60,721 nucleotides of DNA, taken from NCBI GenBank assembly GCA_031431395.1, contig JANPDJ010000001.1, positions 1 to 60,721 of the forward strand, given 5' to 3'. The notes beneath the pieces were generated by a model, which made no database searches, had not been told where the DNA came from, and saw only the letters and a program-made list of their open reading frames with translations. Shown piece after piece: positions 51,988 to 60,721 of this stretch (position 1 is its first letter; each line of letters starts with the position of its first letter). The DNA comes from Chloroflexota bacterium. GTDB taxonomy: Bacteria > Chloroflexota > Limnocylindria > Limnocylindrales > CSP1-4. A program made the position numbers and the translations under genes.

Positions 51988-53623
51988 CGCGTCCTCCACG
52001 AACCTGTGCCGCACTACTGTCGCGGCCCTGGACGTTTCCCCCGGCCTGGACGTTTCCCCCGGCATTCCGTCGAGTTCGGAGTGTCAGGGCCGGCGGGATC
52101 GCCACGAGCGTCAGAGCGCCTGCAACCAGGGACAACCCCACCATGATGCGCGCCGCCTCGCCCGCCGCCCACTGTTCGAGCGCATCCACCACGAGGCCGT
52201 CCTTCAGCGACCGATCGCGCAGGGAGGGTGCCACGAACTGGCGGTACGCGTCCGGTGTCGCGTACACCTGGGCCGTGAGGCGCTCGATCGTGGTGGAGCC
52301 GTACGCGACCAGCACGGACAGTCCCACGGCCATGCCGATCATCCGCGCGACCGTGACGGTTGCAGACGCCATCCCGAAGAACTTCGGGCCCACGGCCGCA
52401 ACAGCCGCCGCCGACCGAGGGGTCACCGTCAGACCGAAACCCAGCCCGAACCCTGCGAGACCCACGGCCACCTCATCGATCCGCGTCGCCGGCGACCAGC
52501 CGCCCATCTGCCAGAGCGATGCGGCACTCAGGAGGAGACCGGCGAGCGTGACGATGCGCAGCGAGAGGTGGCGCACGGCGAAGCCCGACGCGAGCGCGCC
52601 CAGGGCCGTGGCACCGGCCAGGGCGCCCAGGGCAATCCGCTGCTGGTCGGGGCCCCCGTACATGACGCGGTCCACGAAGACCGCGCCGCCCACGATCGCC
52701 GTCGCGAAGGCGTACCCCGTCAGCAGCGAGACGAGGGCCGCGGAGCTGAACGTGCCGCTGCGGAACAGCCGCAGGTCCAGGAACGGATCCGGCCGCCGGA
52801 TGCCGGCGACGATCGCGAGCGCGCCGAATGCCACTCCGATGAGCAGCAGCGGAACCGGCGGATACGAGAGATCAAGGATTCGCTTGACGAACTGGTCGTC
52901 GAGAACGGTCAGGCCGCCCAGGAGCGCGGCCAGGGCGCCGCTGAACAGCAGTGCGCCCGGCAGGTCCAGGCCGCCCTTCCGGCGAGGCGTCTCCCAGCCA
53001 CTGCTGGCCGCCCATCCAACGACCAGTGCGATGATGCCGATGGGAACGTTTACGTAGAACACCCAGCGCCAAGCGGGGGTGAGCGTGTCGGCCAGCAGAC
53101 CTGCGGTAATGCCCCGCTGGGCAAGGGCCGTCTCGGCGTGGATGCCCTGCAGCACGGCGGCGCCCACGAACGGCCCAGCGGCCATGCCGAGGAACGTCAG
53201 GGCCCCGATGATCCCCAGGGCCGCCGGGCGGCCGAATCCTTCGAAGAGATGCGAAGCGGCCGCCGTGGCGACCGGCACGATGATCCCGCCGCCCAGCGCC
53301 TGGACAAGACGCGCGGCGATCAGCTCGTCAAGCGACTGCGCCCGGCCGGCCAGCAGCGATCCGACCGTGAACGCGACGAGCGCGAACAGGAAGAGCCGCC
53401 GGGCTCCCCACACGTCCGCGATCCGCCCTGAAAGTGGCATCGCGACCACGTAAACCAGGAGATACCCGTTGATGATCCAGGAGGCGTGCCGCAGCTGCGT
53501 CCAGTCTGCGAGATCGGCGAGGATGGACGGCAAGGCAACCGCCGTGATCATCAACTCCAGGCCGGCCAGGAAGGCCCCCGCGCCGAGCATCGCGAGCAGA
53601 GCGATGGAGTTCCGGCGATCCAC
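51953..53623 (-). CDS. MFS transporter, DHA2 (EmrB/QacA, 14-TM) type
   Basis: FLAGLELMITAVALPSI, MPLSGRIADVWGARR, many TM helices. GTG start chosen inside ORF 51953..53806. Confidence 0.8.
   Translation of the reverse strand: MDRRNSIALLAMLGAGAFLAGLELMITAVALPSILADLADWTQLRHASWIINGYLLVYVVAMPLSGRIADVWGARRLFLFALVAFTVGSLLAGRAQSLDELIAARLVQALGGGIIVPVATAAASHLFEGFGRPAALGIIGALTFLGMAAGPFVGAAVLQGIHAETALAQRGITAGLLADTLTPAWRWVFYVNVPIGIIALVVGWAASSGWETPRRKGGLDLPGALLFSGALAALLGGLTVLDDQFVKRILDLSYPPVPLLLIGVAFGALAIVAGIRRPDPFLDLRLFRSGTFSSAALVSLLTGYAFATAIVGGAVFVDRVMYGGPDQQRIALGALAGATALGALASGFAVRHLSLRIVTLAGLLLSAASLWQMGGWSPATRIDEVAVGLAGFGLGFGLTVTPRSAAAVAAVGPKFFGMASATVTVARMIGMAVGLSVLVAYGSTTIERLTAQVYATPDAYRQFVAPSLRDRSLKDGLVVDALEQWAAGEAARIMVGLSLVAGALTLVAIPPALTLRTRRNAGGNVQAGGNVQGRDSSAAQVRGGRDGDESGLTFGH
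52028..52063. repeat. Perfect 18-bp tandem duplication (CTGGACGTTTCCCCCGGC x2) in the MFS C-terminal tail
   Basis: Read directly. It encodes GGNVQA-GGNVQG in the MFS frame. Confidence 0.9.
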
Positions 53624-53669
53624 GGCCCGAGTGTAGCGCCGGGTCGGGAGTGAACCGCGCGACCGGAGG

Positions 53670-54338
53670 GTGCTTCCCCGAGCTTCGACTACTCTGCCAG
53701 CATGCGCAACAGCTCCCTGCAGCCCGCCGCCGGAGCCCGGTGACGTGCTGGACTTCCACGCGGTCCACCAGCGAACCCTCACCCTCCAGCAGCTTGCCGT
53801 TGGCATGACGAAGGCCGATCTGGCCGCCGCGATGAACGCCCTCTACGACGACGTGCTGGCGCGGATCCGCGAGGCATCGGACGCCGACATCACGTTCCCA
53901 CCCGTGGATCCGCAGGCCAACGACGAGTTCGCGTCCGAGACGGTCGAGGTGGACCTTGCCTGGACGCTCGGACACGTGATCGTGCACCTCACCGCGAGCG
54001 CAGAAGAGGCCGCCTTCATCGCCGCGGAGCTGGCGCGTGGAGTGGCCCGCGAGGGTCGTTCGCGGTGGGAGACGCCGTGGACCTCGGTCGAGACGGCGGA
54101 CGCAGCCCGCGGCCGGATCGAGGACAGCCGGCGGATGATCCTCGCGACGCTCGACGTCTGGCCGGACCCACCGCACCTGGACGTGACGCTCCCCGGATCG
54201 ACCGGGCCGCGCAACGCGATCGTCCGGTTCCTCTCAGGCCTGAATCACGCGGACTCGCACGCGGAGCAGGTATCCGAGATCGTGCGTCAGGCGCGCGCCG
54301 CGACGCAGTCGTCACGGGCGGACGCCGGCCCCGGCTGA
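53670..54338 (+). CDS. DinB-superfamily protein
   Basis: LAWTLGHVIVHLTASAEEAAF and GLNHADSHAEQV are the His-rich four-helix DinB pattern. Start uncertain. Confidence 0.6.
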   Translation: MLPRASTTLPACATAPCSPPPEPGDVLDFHAVHQRTLTLQQLAVGMTKADLAAAMNALYDDVLARIREASDADITFPPVDPQANDEFASETVEVDLAWTLGHVIVHLTASAEEAAFIAAELARGVAREGRSRWETPWTSVETADAARGRIEDSRRMILATLDVWPDPPHLDVTLPGSTGPRNAIVRFLSGLNHADSHAEQVSEIVRQARAATQSSRADAGPG

Positions 54339-54415
54339 CGCCCCCGGGCCCTCGGCTGACGCGCAGCCGGCCCCGAGGCAGCGGTCGTCCGCCGCCCCCC
54401 CCGCCCCGCGAACCC

Positions 54416-56128
54416 TCAGTGCGCCCCGAACGTCGACAGTCGCGTGGTCTCCTTCGTGATCACGTCCACCAGCGCGGGCTGGCCTCCCTGGACGACGCGC
54501 AGTGCGCGCTGGAACGCCGCCCGCAGCTCGCCGGGCTCCTCCACGCGCTCCGAGTACCAGCCGAGTGCCTTCGCGAGGGCCGCGTAGTCTCCGCCCTGCC
54601 GGATGGCGTGGTACCGCCGGTCGGACTCGGGGAAGTTCGGCGGGTAGCCGCTGAACACGGAGTCGTGCTTGATGACGGTGAGGATCGGGATGTTCTCGCG
54701 CGATGCAGTCTCGAGGTCCATCCCGGTCATGCCGATTGCGCCGTCGCCCATGACATTGACCACGGTCCGGTCCGGGTTCGCCAGCTTGGCGCCCATGGCC
54801 AGGCCCAAGGAGAAGCCGAGCTGCGTGGAGTGGCCCCAGCCCAGGTACGACCGCGGCGTCGTGGACTCGTAGAACACGCACTGGATGTCGCGCGACGCAC
54901 CGGACTCATGGGTGAGCATGGTCGTGTCGGGGTCCAGGACGCCCCACAGTTCCCGGAACATCCGGTAGCCGTTGATGGGCGTCCCCGAGTCGGCGAACTC
55001 GCTCTCGTACTCCGCGCGCCACTTGGCCTTGATGGACGCGATCGTGCGCGCCACGTGCGGCCGCCGATCACGCTCTGCTGCCCCGACGCGCCCGCGCAAC
55101 TCCTCGAGGAGCTGGGCGAGGAACAGCTTCGCGTCGGCGTTGATCGCCACATCTGTCGCGTAGACCTTGTTGAGGTCGCGCGGATCGTTGGTGGCGTGAA
55201 TGAGCACCTTGCCCGGCGGGATGGACGGCGCGAACGCGCTCTGCGACAGGCTGGACCCCACCGCGAGGACGAGGTCGCTCTCCTTGAGGTAGTGAACCGC
55301 CATGGCCGTCTTGGCGTGCCCGCCTGTTCCGGCGGACAGCTCGTGGCGCTCGTTGAAGGCGCTCTTGCCCATGAGGGTGTTCATCACGGGTGCGCCAAGC
55401 AGTTCCGCCAGCTCCTGCAGTTCCGCGGTGGCCCCGGCGTAGAGGACGCCGTTGCCCGCCCAGATGAGCGGCATCCTGGCCCGAAGGAGAAGATCCGCGG
55501 CCTCGCGGACCGCCCCGGGATCCGCCGCCGACCGGACTCGAGCCACCGGCCGATAGGAGAGGGCGCCGGGGAACGCGGCATCCGCCACGTCCTCCGTCAT
55601 GTCCACCATGGCGGGCGCGGGACGGCCGGACCGCAGTGCCTGGAAGGCCTGGCGGAGGCGGTAGGGAACCTCTCCCGCGGAGCCCGGCGACGCCGAGTAC
55701 TTCGTGACGAGCTTGTAGTGCGGCTCGTTCTGAAACGTGGGGTGCTCGCCGAACTTCGTGCGCGGGGGCGAGCCGGGGATGTACAGGATGGGCGTGGAAT
55801 CGGTGAACGAGTGGACGATGCCGGGAAAGGCGTTCTCGGAGCCGGCCAGCTCCTGCACGGCACACACGCCGATCTGCGCGCCGTTGGTCGAACGCGATAC
55901 GCCGTCCGCCATGTTCCCGGCCACGCGTTCCTGGCGGGTGAGGATCAGGCGGATCCCGGACCGGGAGATCGCCTCCGCGATCGGGCTCGCCGGAAAGAAG
56001 AAGACCTGCTCCACGCCTTCGCGCTTGAGCACCTCGGCCAGGGCGTCGGCCCCCGTCATCGTCCCGGCAGCATGGCCGCCGCCTGACGACGCATCCGGGC
56101 TCGCGCTGCGCTGTGCATCGGTTGTCAT
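54416..56128 (-). CDS. Thiamine-diphosphate-dependent enzyme (acetolactate synthase / sulfoacetaldehyde acetyltransferase-like)
   Basis: GADALAEVLKREGVEQVFFFP, RQERVAGNMADG, and the TPP motif GDGAIGMTGMDLETA..NIPILTVIKHD. Confidence 0.85.
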   Translation of the reverse strand: MTTDAQRSASPDASSGGGHAAGTMTGADALAEVLKREGVEQVFFFPASPIAEAISRSGIRLILTRQERVAGNMADGVSRSTNGAQIGVCAVQELAGSENAFPGIVHSFTDSTPILYIPGSPPRTKFGEHPTFQNEPHYKLVTKYSASPGSAGEVPYRLRQAFQALRSGRPAPAMVDMTEDVADAAFPGALSYRPVARVRSAADPGAVREAADLLLRARMPLIWAGNGVLYAGATAELQELAELLGAPVMNTLMGKSAFNERHELSAGTGGHAKTAMAVHYLKESDLVLAVGSSLSQSAFAPSIPPGKVLIHATNDPRDLNKVYATDVAINADAKLFLAQLLEELRGRVGAAERDRRPHVARTIASIKAKWRAEYESEFADSGTPINGYRMFRELWGVLDPDTTMLTHESGASRDIQCVFYESTTPRSYLGWGHSTQLGFSLGLAMGAKLANPDRTVVNVMGDGAIGMTGMDLETASRENIPILTVIKHDSVFSGYPPNFPESDRRYHAIRQGGDYAALAKALGWYSERVEEPGELRAAFQRALRVVQGGQPALVDVITKETTRLSTFGAH

Positions 56129-56970
56129 GCCCCATGTCCTCCCGTCGCGACCGGAAGCCGGACGCGTCGCTGCTGTGCTTCACCCTGTGGTGGGAACGTG
56201 TAGAGATCCGCCCGGACCCCGTCGATCCGGATCGGCTGCGCGTAGTGATAGACCTCGATGCCGGGCGCGAGACTGGTCCTGGTTCGCACGATGAAGTCCG
56301 CCCAGTCCGGCGCGTTCAGCGCCACGTAGGCAAGCTCCAGGCCGGTGAGCAGGTCTCCGGGCTCCCGCGCCAGGTCCGGGAAGAGCACGGGGCCCGTGTC
56401 GGTCTGGTAGACCCAGTCGCGCTCGTTCCCGTTCATCGTCTTGACCGGGAACTCCAGGTTCGCGACGTAGCGATCGCTCTCCAGGCGGATGACGGCCACC
56501 AGCGGCCGGTTCGCCACGGTGGCCTCCACGATCTCGTGCGCCCCGGGGAGCGGGACGCCCTCGTACTCGACGAGGTCCAGGTGGACCCGATCGAACGTGG
56601 TGTCGATGGGCACGCGCAACCGATCGCTCTGCTCGCCGGATCCCGGGGGATACGCCTGGGCGACCGTCCCGGCCTGGGCGAACGTCTTGATCTGCATGAA
56701 ATCCGCGTCGCTGAAGATGGGCTTGAAATCGGCATTGGGCAGCAGCCACAGGTCGGCGTCCGCGCCTACCCGCTCCGTCTTGCAGCTGACGCCAAGCACG
56801 AACGCGTGGACCTTGCCGCTGCTGCGCTCGGTGATCCGCAGCCGGCAGTCCAGCAGCACCCGGGCGTTGTTCATGGGATAGGGCGGCTTGTGGCTCAGGG
56901 TCCGGGGCGGCATCCTGTCAAGGTCGATCCGGAACATGACCGACGAACGCCCGAAATCGAGCACCTTCAA
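56125..56970 (-). CDS. Hypothetical protein translationally coupled to the TPP enzyme
   Basis: TTG start with GGAGG 7 nt upstream (alternative ATG at 56937). Its stop overlaps the TPP-enzyme ATG (ATGA). Balanced composition. I recognise no family. Confidence 0.5.
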   Translation of the reverse strand: MKVLDFGRSSVMFRIDLDRMPPRTLSHKPPYPMNNARVLLDCRLRITERSSGKVHAFVLGVSCKTERVGADADLWLLPNADFKPIFSDADFMQIKTFAQAGTVAQAYPPGSGEQSDRLRVPIDTTFDRVHLDLVEYEGVPLPGAHEIVEATVANRPLVAVIRLESDRYVANLEFPVKTMNGNERDWVYQTDTGPVLFPDLAREPGDLLTGLELAYVALNAPDWADFIVRTRTSLAPGIEVYHYAQPIRIDGVRADLYTFPPQGEAQQRRVRLPVATGGHGA

Positions 56971-57066
56971 CGCGTGACCTCCGCGGCAACCAGGTGAGAG
57001 CGCGCACGACGCAAGGTACACGGACGACGGGCTCAAGATGGGCCGCGCACGCGGCCGGAGAAGCAG

Positions 57067-58185
57067 ATGACGACGAACGAAGCCGACGTGCCGCGCAGAA
57101 CCGGCCAGCCCCCGGACGGACGGGCCTGGGCCCCGGGGCACATGGACGCGGGTGCGCTGCACCGCGACGCGATCGTGATCGACGCGCTCGACGTGAGCGT
57201 GATGGATCGCACCCACCTCGAGCACATGCGCGCCGGCGGGGTGACCGCGGCGAACCACACGATCACGCTGGGTGACGGCCATGACTTCCGCGAGGCGGTG
57301 GACCGGATTCTCGTCGTGGACGACTTCCTGGACGCCAACGCCGACCTCGCCCGGAAAGTGACCTCGGCCGCCGGGATCCGCGCAGCGAAGGCGGACGGCG
57401 TCGTGGGCCTTGCCTACGGGTTCCAGAACGCGACCCCGTTCGAGGGCGACGAACGCCTGATCCGCGTCTTTGCCGCGCTGGGTGTGCGGATCGTCCAGCT
57501 CGCCTACATGACGGCCAACCTGCTCGCGGACGGTTGCCTGGAGCCACGGAATGCCGGCCTGACCGAATTCGGGCGGGCCGTGACGCGGGAGCTCAACCGG
57601 GCGCGCTTGCTGATCGATCTCTCGCATGTCGGCGACCGGTCCACCCTCGAGGCGATCGACGCGTCGGAAGCCCCGGTGGCCTTTACGCACGCCAACGCCC
57701 GGGCGCTCTCACCGTCGCCGCGGAACAAGACCGACGAGGCGATCCGGGCGCTCGCCGCGCGCGGCGGCGTCATCGGGTTCTCCTCGCTGCCGTCGTTCGT
57801 CAGCGAGGACCCGCGGGACGCCACCCTGGAGCGGTACCTCGACCACATCGACCACGTGGTGCAGCTGGTCGGCGTGAGCCACGTGGGACTCGGGCTCGAC
57901 TTCATCGAGGGCCACGTTCCCGGTTCGCTGCAACCGCGGGCGCCGAGGTGGGGCGGCGCGAACCTGCCGGCAGGCTCAACCGGTCTCTCGAAGATGCTCC
58001 CCGAGCGGCTCCGCGCCGACGCGGCGGCGCTCCTGTATCTGCCGTATGCGCCCGGAATCGCCGGCTCCGTCGAACTGCCGAACGTCACCGCGGGGCTGGC
58101 CCGCCGCGGCTACGGCGAGGCCGACATCCGGGCAATCCTCGGGGGCAACTGGCTTCGCCTGTTCGAGCTGGTCTGGGGCAGGTAG
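57067..58185 (+). CDS. Membrane (renal-type) dipeptidase, peptidase family M19
   Basis: VIDALD, VQLAYMTANLLADG, LIDLSHVGDRS, FTHANARAL..PRNKTDE, GVSHVGLGLDF. Confidence 0.85.
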   Translation: MTTNEADVPRRTGQPPDGRAWAPGHMDAGALHRDAIVIDALDVSVMDRTHLEHMRAGGVTAANHTITLGDGHDFREAVDRILVVDDFLDANADLARKVTSAAGIRAAKADGVVGLAYGFQNATPFEGDERLIRVFAALGVRIVQLAYMTANLLADGCLEPRNAGLTEFGRAVTRELNRARLLIDLSHVGDRSTLEAIDASEAPVAFTHANARALSPSPRNKTDEAIRALAARGGVIGFSSLPSFVSEDPRDATLERYLDHIDHVVQLVGVSHVGLGLDFIEGHVPGSLQPRAPRWGGANLPAGSTGLSKMLPERLRADAAALLYLPYAPGIAGSVELPNVTAGLARRGYGEADIRAILGGNWLRLFELVWGR

Positions 58186-58199
58186 CCCGGCGACCGGTC

Positions 58200-58955
58200 T
58201 CAGGTGGCGCGCGCCACCTTCAGCTCGTTCTCGAACCCGCTCATGATCAGGCCCAGGTCCGTGGCGACGTTGATGAACTGGAAGCCCAGGTCCAGGTGCC
58301 GGCGCGCCGTGGCTCCGTCGCCCAGCACGATCCCCGAAGCGATCCCGCGCGCGCGGCAGACGTCGGCGATGTGCTTCACGGCCTTGGCATGCACGGGCCC
58401 CCGGTCGGTGGGCGCGAGGCCCAGCCCAATCGCGAGGTCCGACGGGCCGATGAGGATGGCGTCAACGCCAGGGGTAGCGGCGATCGCGTCAACGTTCGCC
58501 AGGCCCGTCGCCGTCTCGACCATCACGATGCAGGCAACCTCGCCGAGCTTCTTCGGGTCGTAGCCCTCCATCACGATGCCGATGCGATTGGGCCCGAAGG
58601 ACCGCTCGCCGTCCGGCGGGTAGCGGCAGGCGCGCGCGGCGGCCAGGGCTTCGGCCGCGGTGTTCACGAGCGGGACGACGACGCCGTACGCGCCCGCATC
58701 GAGCGCCCGGCCGATGAGCGTCAGGTCGTTCGCGGCGACCCGTGCAACGGGTGCGACGTCGCGCCCGATGAGCGCGCGGAAGCACTGGGCCAGGTCGGCG
58801 TCGGTCACGAGACCGTGCTGCTGGTCCCACAGGATGAAGTCGGAATCGACCGTTGCCGCGTATTCGGCGAGGGCCGGGTTCGCGGTGGAGCACCACAGGC
58901 CGAGCGTCGGCTTGCCTGCGCGCCACTTGGCCAGGAGCGGGTTCTGGAACGCCAT
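58200..58955 (-). CDS. HpcH/HpaI-family aldolase
   Basis: GLWCSTANPALAEYAA.. DFILWDQQHG, VVPLVNTA, MVETATGLANVDAIAATPGVDAILIGPSDL. Confidence 0.85.
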   Translation of the reverse strand: MAFQNPLLAKWRAGKPTLGLWCSTANPALAEYAATVDSDFILWDQQHGLVTDADLAQCFRALIGRDVAPVARVAANDLTLIGRALDAGAYGVVVPLVNTAAEALAAARACRYPPDGERSFGPNRIGIVMEGYDPKKLGEVACIVMVETATGLANVDAIAATPGVDAILIGPSDLAIGLGLAPTDRGPVHAKAVKHIADVCRARGIASGIVLGDGATARRHLDLGFQFINVATDLGLIMSGFENELKVARAT

Positions 58956-58976
58956 CTCGTGCTCCTCCTGTTTCCT

Positions 58977-60125
58977 TCAGCCTGCTGGTGCAGGCGCAAA
59001 GCGGTCGACGCGAAAGCGGTCGATCGGGTGGGGCGTGGTTCCCTTCGTGGCGAGGTCGGCGAGGATCCGCCCGATGACCGGAGCGAACTTGAACGCATGG
59101 CTCAGTCCCACGACAATCGAGACGCGCCCGTCGGTCCCGGGCGCATGGCCGAGCAGGAAGTCCTCGTCCGGCGTCAGGGTATAGAGGCACCTCCCGGAGC
59201 TGTCGAAGGCGAGGTTGGACGAGGGGAACCGGTCACGAAGGTATTCTGTCAGCCCGCGTTGCTCCTCCTCTCCGGGGCCCCGCCCGATCGCAGCCGGCTC
59301 CGCCTCCGGCCCCGGTGTGTCGTCGGCAATCTTGAGGCCGGGACCGTGGTCCGGAAAGCCGTAGTACATCGTGTCGTAATCCGCCCAGACGGGGATCCGG
59401 GACGGCGCCACTGCCAGCTGGTCGGCGGGCCGCATCGTGAACCAGGTCTGCCGGGTCACGCGGATCGGCAGGCGAAGATCCGGAAGCAGCGCGCCGGTCC
59501 AGGCGCCAGCGGCGATGACGGCGTGGCGGGCCGTGATGTCCCCGGACGGCGTTCGCAGGCGGATGCCTCCGCCCTCGACGTCGAGCGCCAGCACGTGGGT
59601 GTCCTCCCGGATCCGGGCCCCGGCCGCCCGGGCCCCCTCGGCGAACGCGGTCACGGCGGCGTCGGCGTCGATCATTCCGCCATCCGGGCTGAACACGCCC
59701 ACGGCCCCGGGCGTCATGGCGAACGCCGGGAACCGGCGCCGCGCGTCACCTTCGTCGAGGATCTCGCAGGCCATGCCGGCATCGGCCATGACGGCGAGGT
59801 TCCGCTGCATCCTGGCATTGCCGGGGCGGGCGAAGAACAACGTGCCGCAGTTCCAGAAGATCCGGCGGCCCGACTCGGCCTCTAGTGCCCGCCACCCATC
59901 GACAGCCGGTCGGAGCAGGGCGAGGTATTCGGGCGCGTGGTAGAGGAAGCGCAGGGCCCGCGAGCGTCCGTGGGAGGAGCCGCCGGCATGGCCGGGACGG
60001 AACCGCTCGATCCCGACGGCGTTCACGCCGTCGCCGGCCAGGGCCCGCAGCGCCGAAGCGCCCAGGACACCCAGCCCGACGACCGCGACATCGACGTCGT
60101 CAAGAACGGGCAACGGGTCCACCAC
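58977..60125 (-). CDS. FAD-dependent amine oxidase, monomeric sarcosine oxidase / N-methyltryptophan oxidase family
   Basis: DVAVVGLGVLGASA dinucleotide motif, GGSSHGRSRALR, GRCLYTLTPDEDF (flavinylation-Cys context) and SHAFKF. GTG start with a GGGAG SD. Confidence 0.8.
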   Translation of the reverse strand: MVDPLPVLDDVDVAVVGLGVLGASALRALAGDGVNAVGIERFRPGHAGGSSHGRSRALRFLYHAPEYLALLRPAVDGWRALEAESGRRIFWNCGTLFFARPGNARMQRNLAVMADAGMACEILDEGDARRRFPAFAMTPGAVGVFSPDGGMIDADAAVTAFAEGARAAGARIREDTHVLALDVEGGGIRLRTPSGDITARHAVIAAGAWTGALLPDLRLPIRVTRQTWFTMRPADQLAVAPSRIPVWADYDTMYYGFPDHGPGLKIADDTPGPEAEPAAIGRGPGEEEQRGLTEYLRDRFPSSNLAFDSSGRCLYTLTPDEDFLLGHAPGTDGRVSIVVGLSHAFKFAPVIGRILADLATKGTTPHPIDRFRVDRFAPAPAG

Positions 60126-60484
60126 GCACTCCCGCCATCATCGTCCAAATTGACACGCAGGATTCGCAGTCGCGCCGGACAGCCGGCCCGACGATGCGAG
60201 GATGTCCCGATCTTCACCCGGTATTCGCCCGGGGACTGATAGGCGCCCGACCGCCGCGCTCGACGACGGTCGGCGAGAGATCTTCCGCACGAAGCGTTCT
60301 AACGCCGGTGACTCCTGGGGCAATCCGCGCACCTTGCAGTCGTCCCACGCATGTCTGGGGCTCCACGGTTGCACGGTCGCTGTACCAGTCATGGCACGAA
60401 TGGCTGGGGCTCCGGGGCGTCGCGAGGAGCTCGGCCGTGCGATTCGCACCCGCCTGCCGGCCTCGACGCACCCGCTGGACCACC

Positions 60485-60512
60485 TTGACACGGTCTTCGC
60501 CCGTGGTAGCAT
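60485..60512 (+). promoter_or_regulatory. Promoter TTGACA-16-(TGg)TAGCAT upstream of the ArsR-family gene
   Basis: TTGACA at 60485-60490 and an extended -10 TGGTAGCAT at 60504-60512. The ATG at 60527 would leave a 5' UTR of only about 7 nt. Confidence 0.55.
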
Positions 60513-60526
60513 CAACGCCGCTTTAT

Positions 60527-60721
60527 ATGAATGGCCGTTTGTACGACGTCCGCTCATCCTCGGCCGTTCGGCCGGCACGTCCAGCCTGGAGCACCCCCCT
60601 GACCGTGGCCTCACCCGCACGGATCCGCGCCACGATCGCGAGCGTGGTTGACCAGCCGGAAGACCTGCGCGAGCTGCGGCTGTTTCACAAGGCCCTCTCG
60701 GACGTGAACCGGCTCCGGATC
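60527..60721 (+). CDS. ArsR/SmtB-family transcriptional regulator, N-terminal part (runs off the window)
   Basis: My own translation of this frame: MNGRLYDVRSSS...DQPEDLRELRLFHKALSDVNRLRI. It matches the ArsR helix-1 signature (F.ALSD.NRLRIL). Not in the supplied ORF track because it has no stop in the window. Confidence 0.6.
   Translation, partial: MNGRLYDVRSSSAVRPARPAWSTPLTVASPARIRATIASVVDQPEDLRELRLFHKALSDVNRLRI

Noticed and set aside
56113-56997. 294-aa plus-strand ORF opposite the hypothetical gene 56125..56970
   Set aside because: The minus-strand ORF has an SD, a stop/start overlap with the downstream TPP enzyme, and balanced composition. The plus-strand ORF is Arg/Asp/His/Gly-rich. 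Strand choice is still only moderately certain.
57534-59885. 783-aa plus-strand ORF spanning the dipeptidase 3' end, the aldolase and the flavoenzyme
   Set aside because: It overlaps three genes with clear family signatures, two of them on the opposite strand. Its composition is Arg/Gly/Pro/Asp-dominated with no motifs.
60126-60484. Glycine or other known riboswitch in the 5' region of the sarcosine-oxidase-like gene
   Set aside because: I read both strands and found no GGAGAG...ACCGAAGGGGCAA-type glycine aptamer cores or other riboswitch cores that I recognise. There are only generic GC hairpins.
1-60721. Mobile elements, prophage, defence islands, rRNA/tRNA genes
   Set aside because: I found no transposase, integrase or recombinase-like ORFs, no terminal inverted repeats flanking a block, no obvious compositional island, and no cloverleaf or rRNA-like stretches. 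By-eye tRNA detection is imperfect.

Overview
Very GC-rich, densely coding bacterial chromosomal segment. I recognised no rRNA, tRNA, CRISPR array, transposase or integrase. The gene content fits a Chloroflexota- or Actinomycetota-like organism: HspR, KimA-type permeases next to CeoB/CeoC-like TrkA genes, leaderless-looking promoters, and a nuo operon in 11-subunit order. The taxon cannot be fixed from this window.

Layout:
- 1-6.1 kb: housekeeping genes (amidohydrolase fragment, amino-acid SBP, hpt, csoR, rsmG, metallophosphoesterase).
- 6.2-12.2 kb: potassium module (two tandem KimA-like K+ symporters, USP, two TrkA/RCK genes).
- 12.2-18.9 kb: two-subunit glycine-dehydrogenase-like pair plus a coupled unknown ORF. 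Divergent from these are an M20 peptidase and a signal-less family-5 SBP.
- 19.0-26.2 kb: heat-shock block (hspR-lon, CbpA-type J-protein, clpB).
- 26.2-33.8 kb: Nudix, cupin, purH, glpX, folK, an unknown ORF and a MidA/NDUFAF7-type methyltransferase.
- 33.97-48.98 kb: nuo (complex I) operon.
- 49-60.7 kb: TlpA-like redoxin, sortase-like protein, CorA, MFS, DinB, a TPP enzyme with a coupled unknown ORF, M19 dipeptidase, HpcH aldolase, sarcosine-oxidase-like flavoenzyme and a partial ArsR regulator.

Standout: the electron-input part of the nuo operon is rebuilt.
- nuoI is split. Its N-half is fused to a NuoE-like domain.
- Its C-half sits at the end of an 864-aa protein that combines a NuoG-type 2Fe-2S N-terminus with a GltD-like FAD/NAD(P)H domain.
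- A NuoF-like gene with eroded FMN and N3 motifs lies between the two.
- This looks like a GltD/Nfn-type cassette inserted into nuoI of an 11-subunit operon. I am not aware of a described complex I with this architecture.

All calls come from reading the translated ORFs and the DNA by eye. No database search was run.
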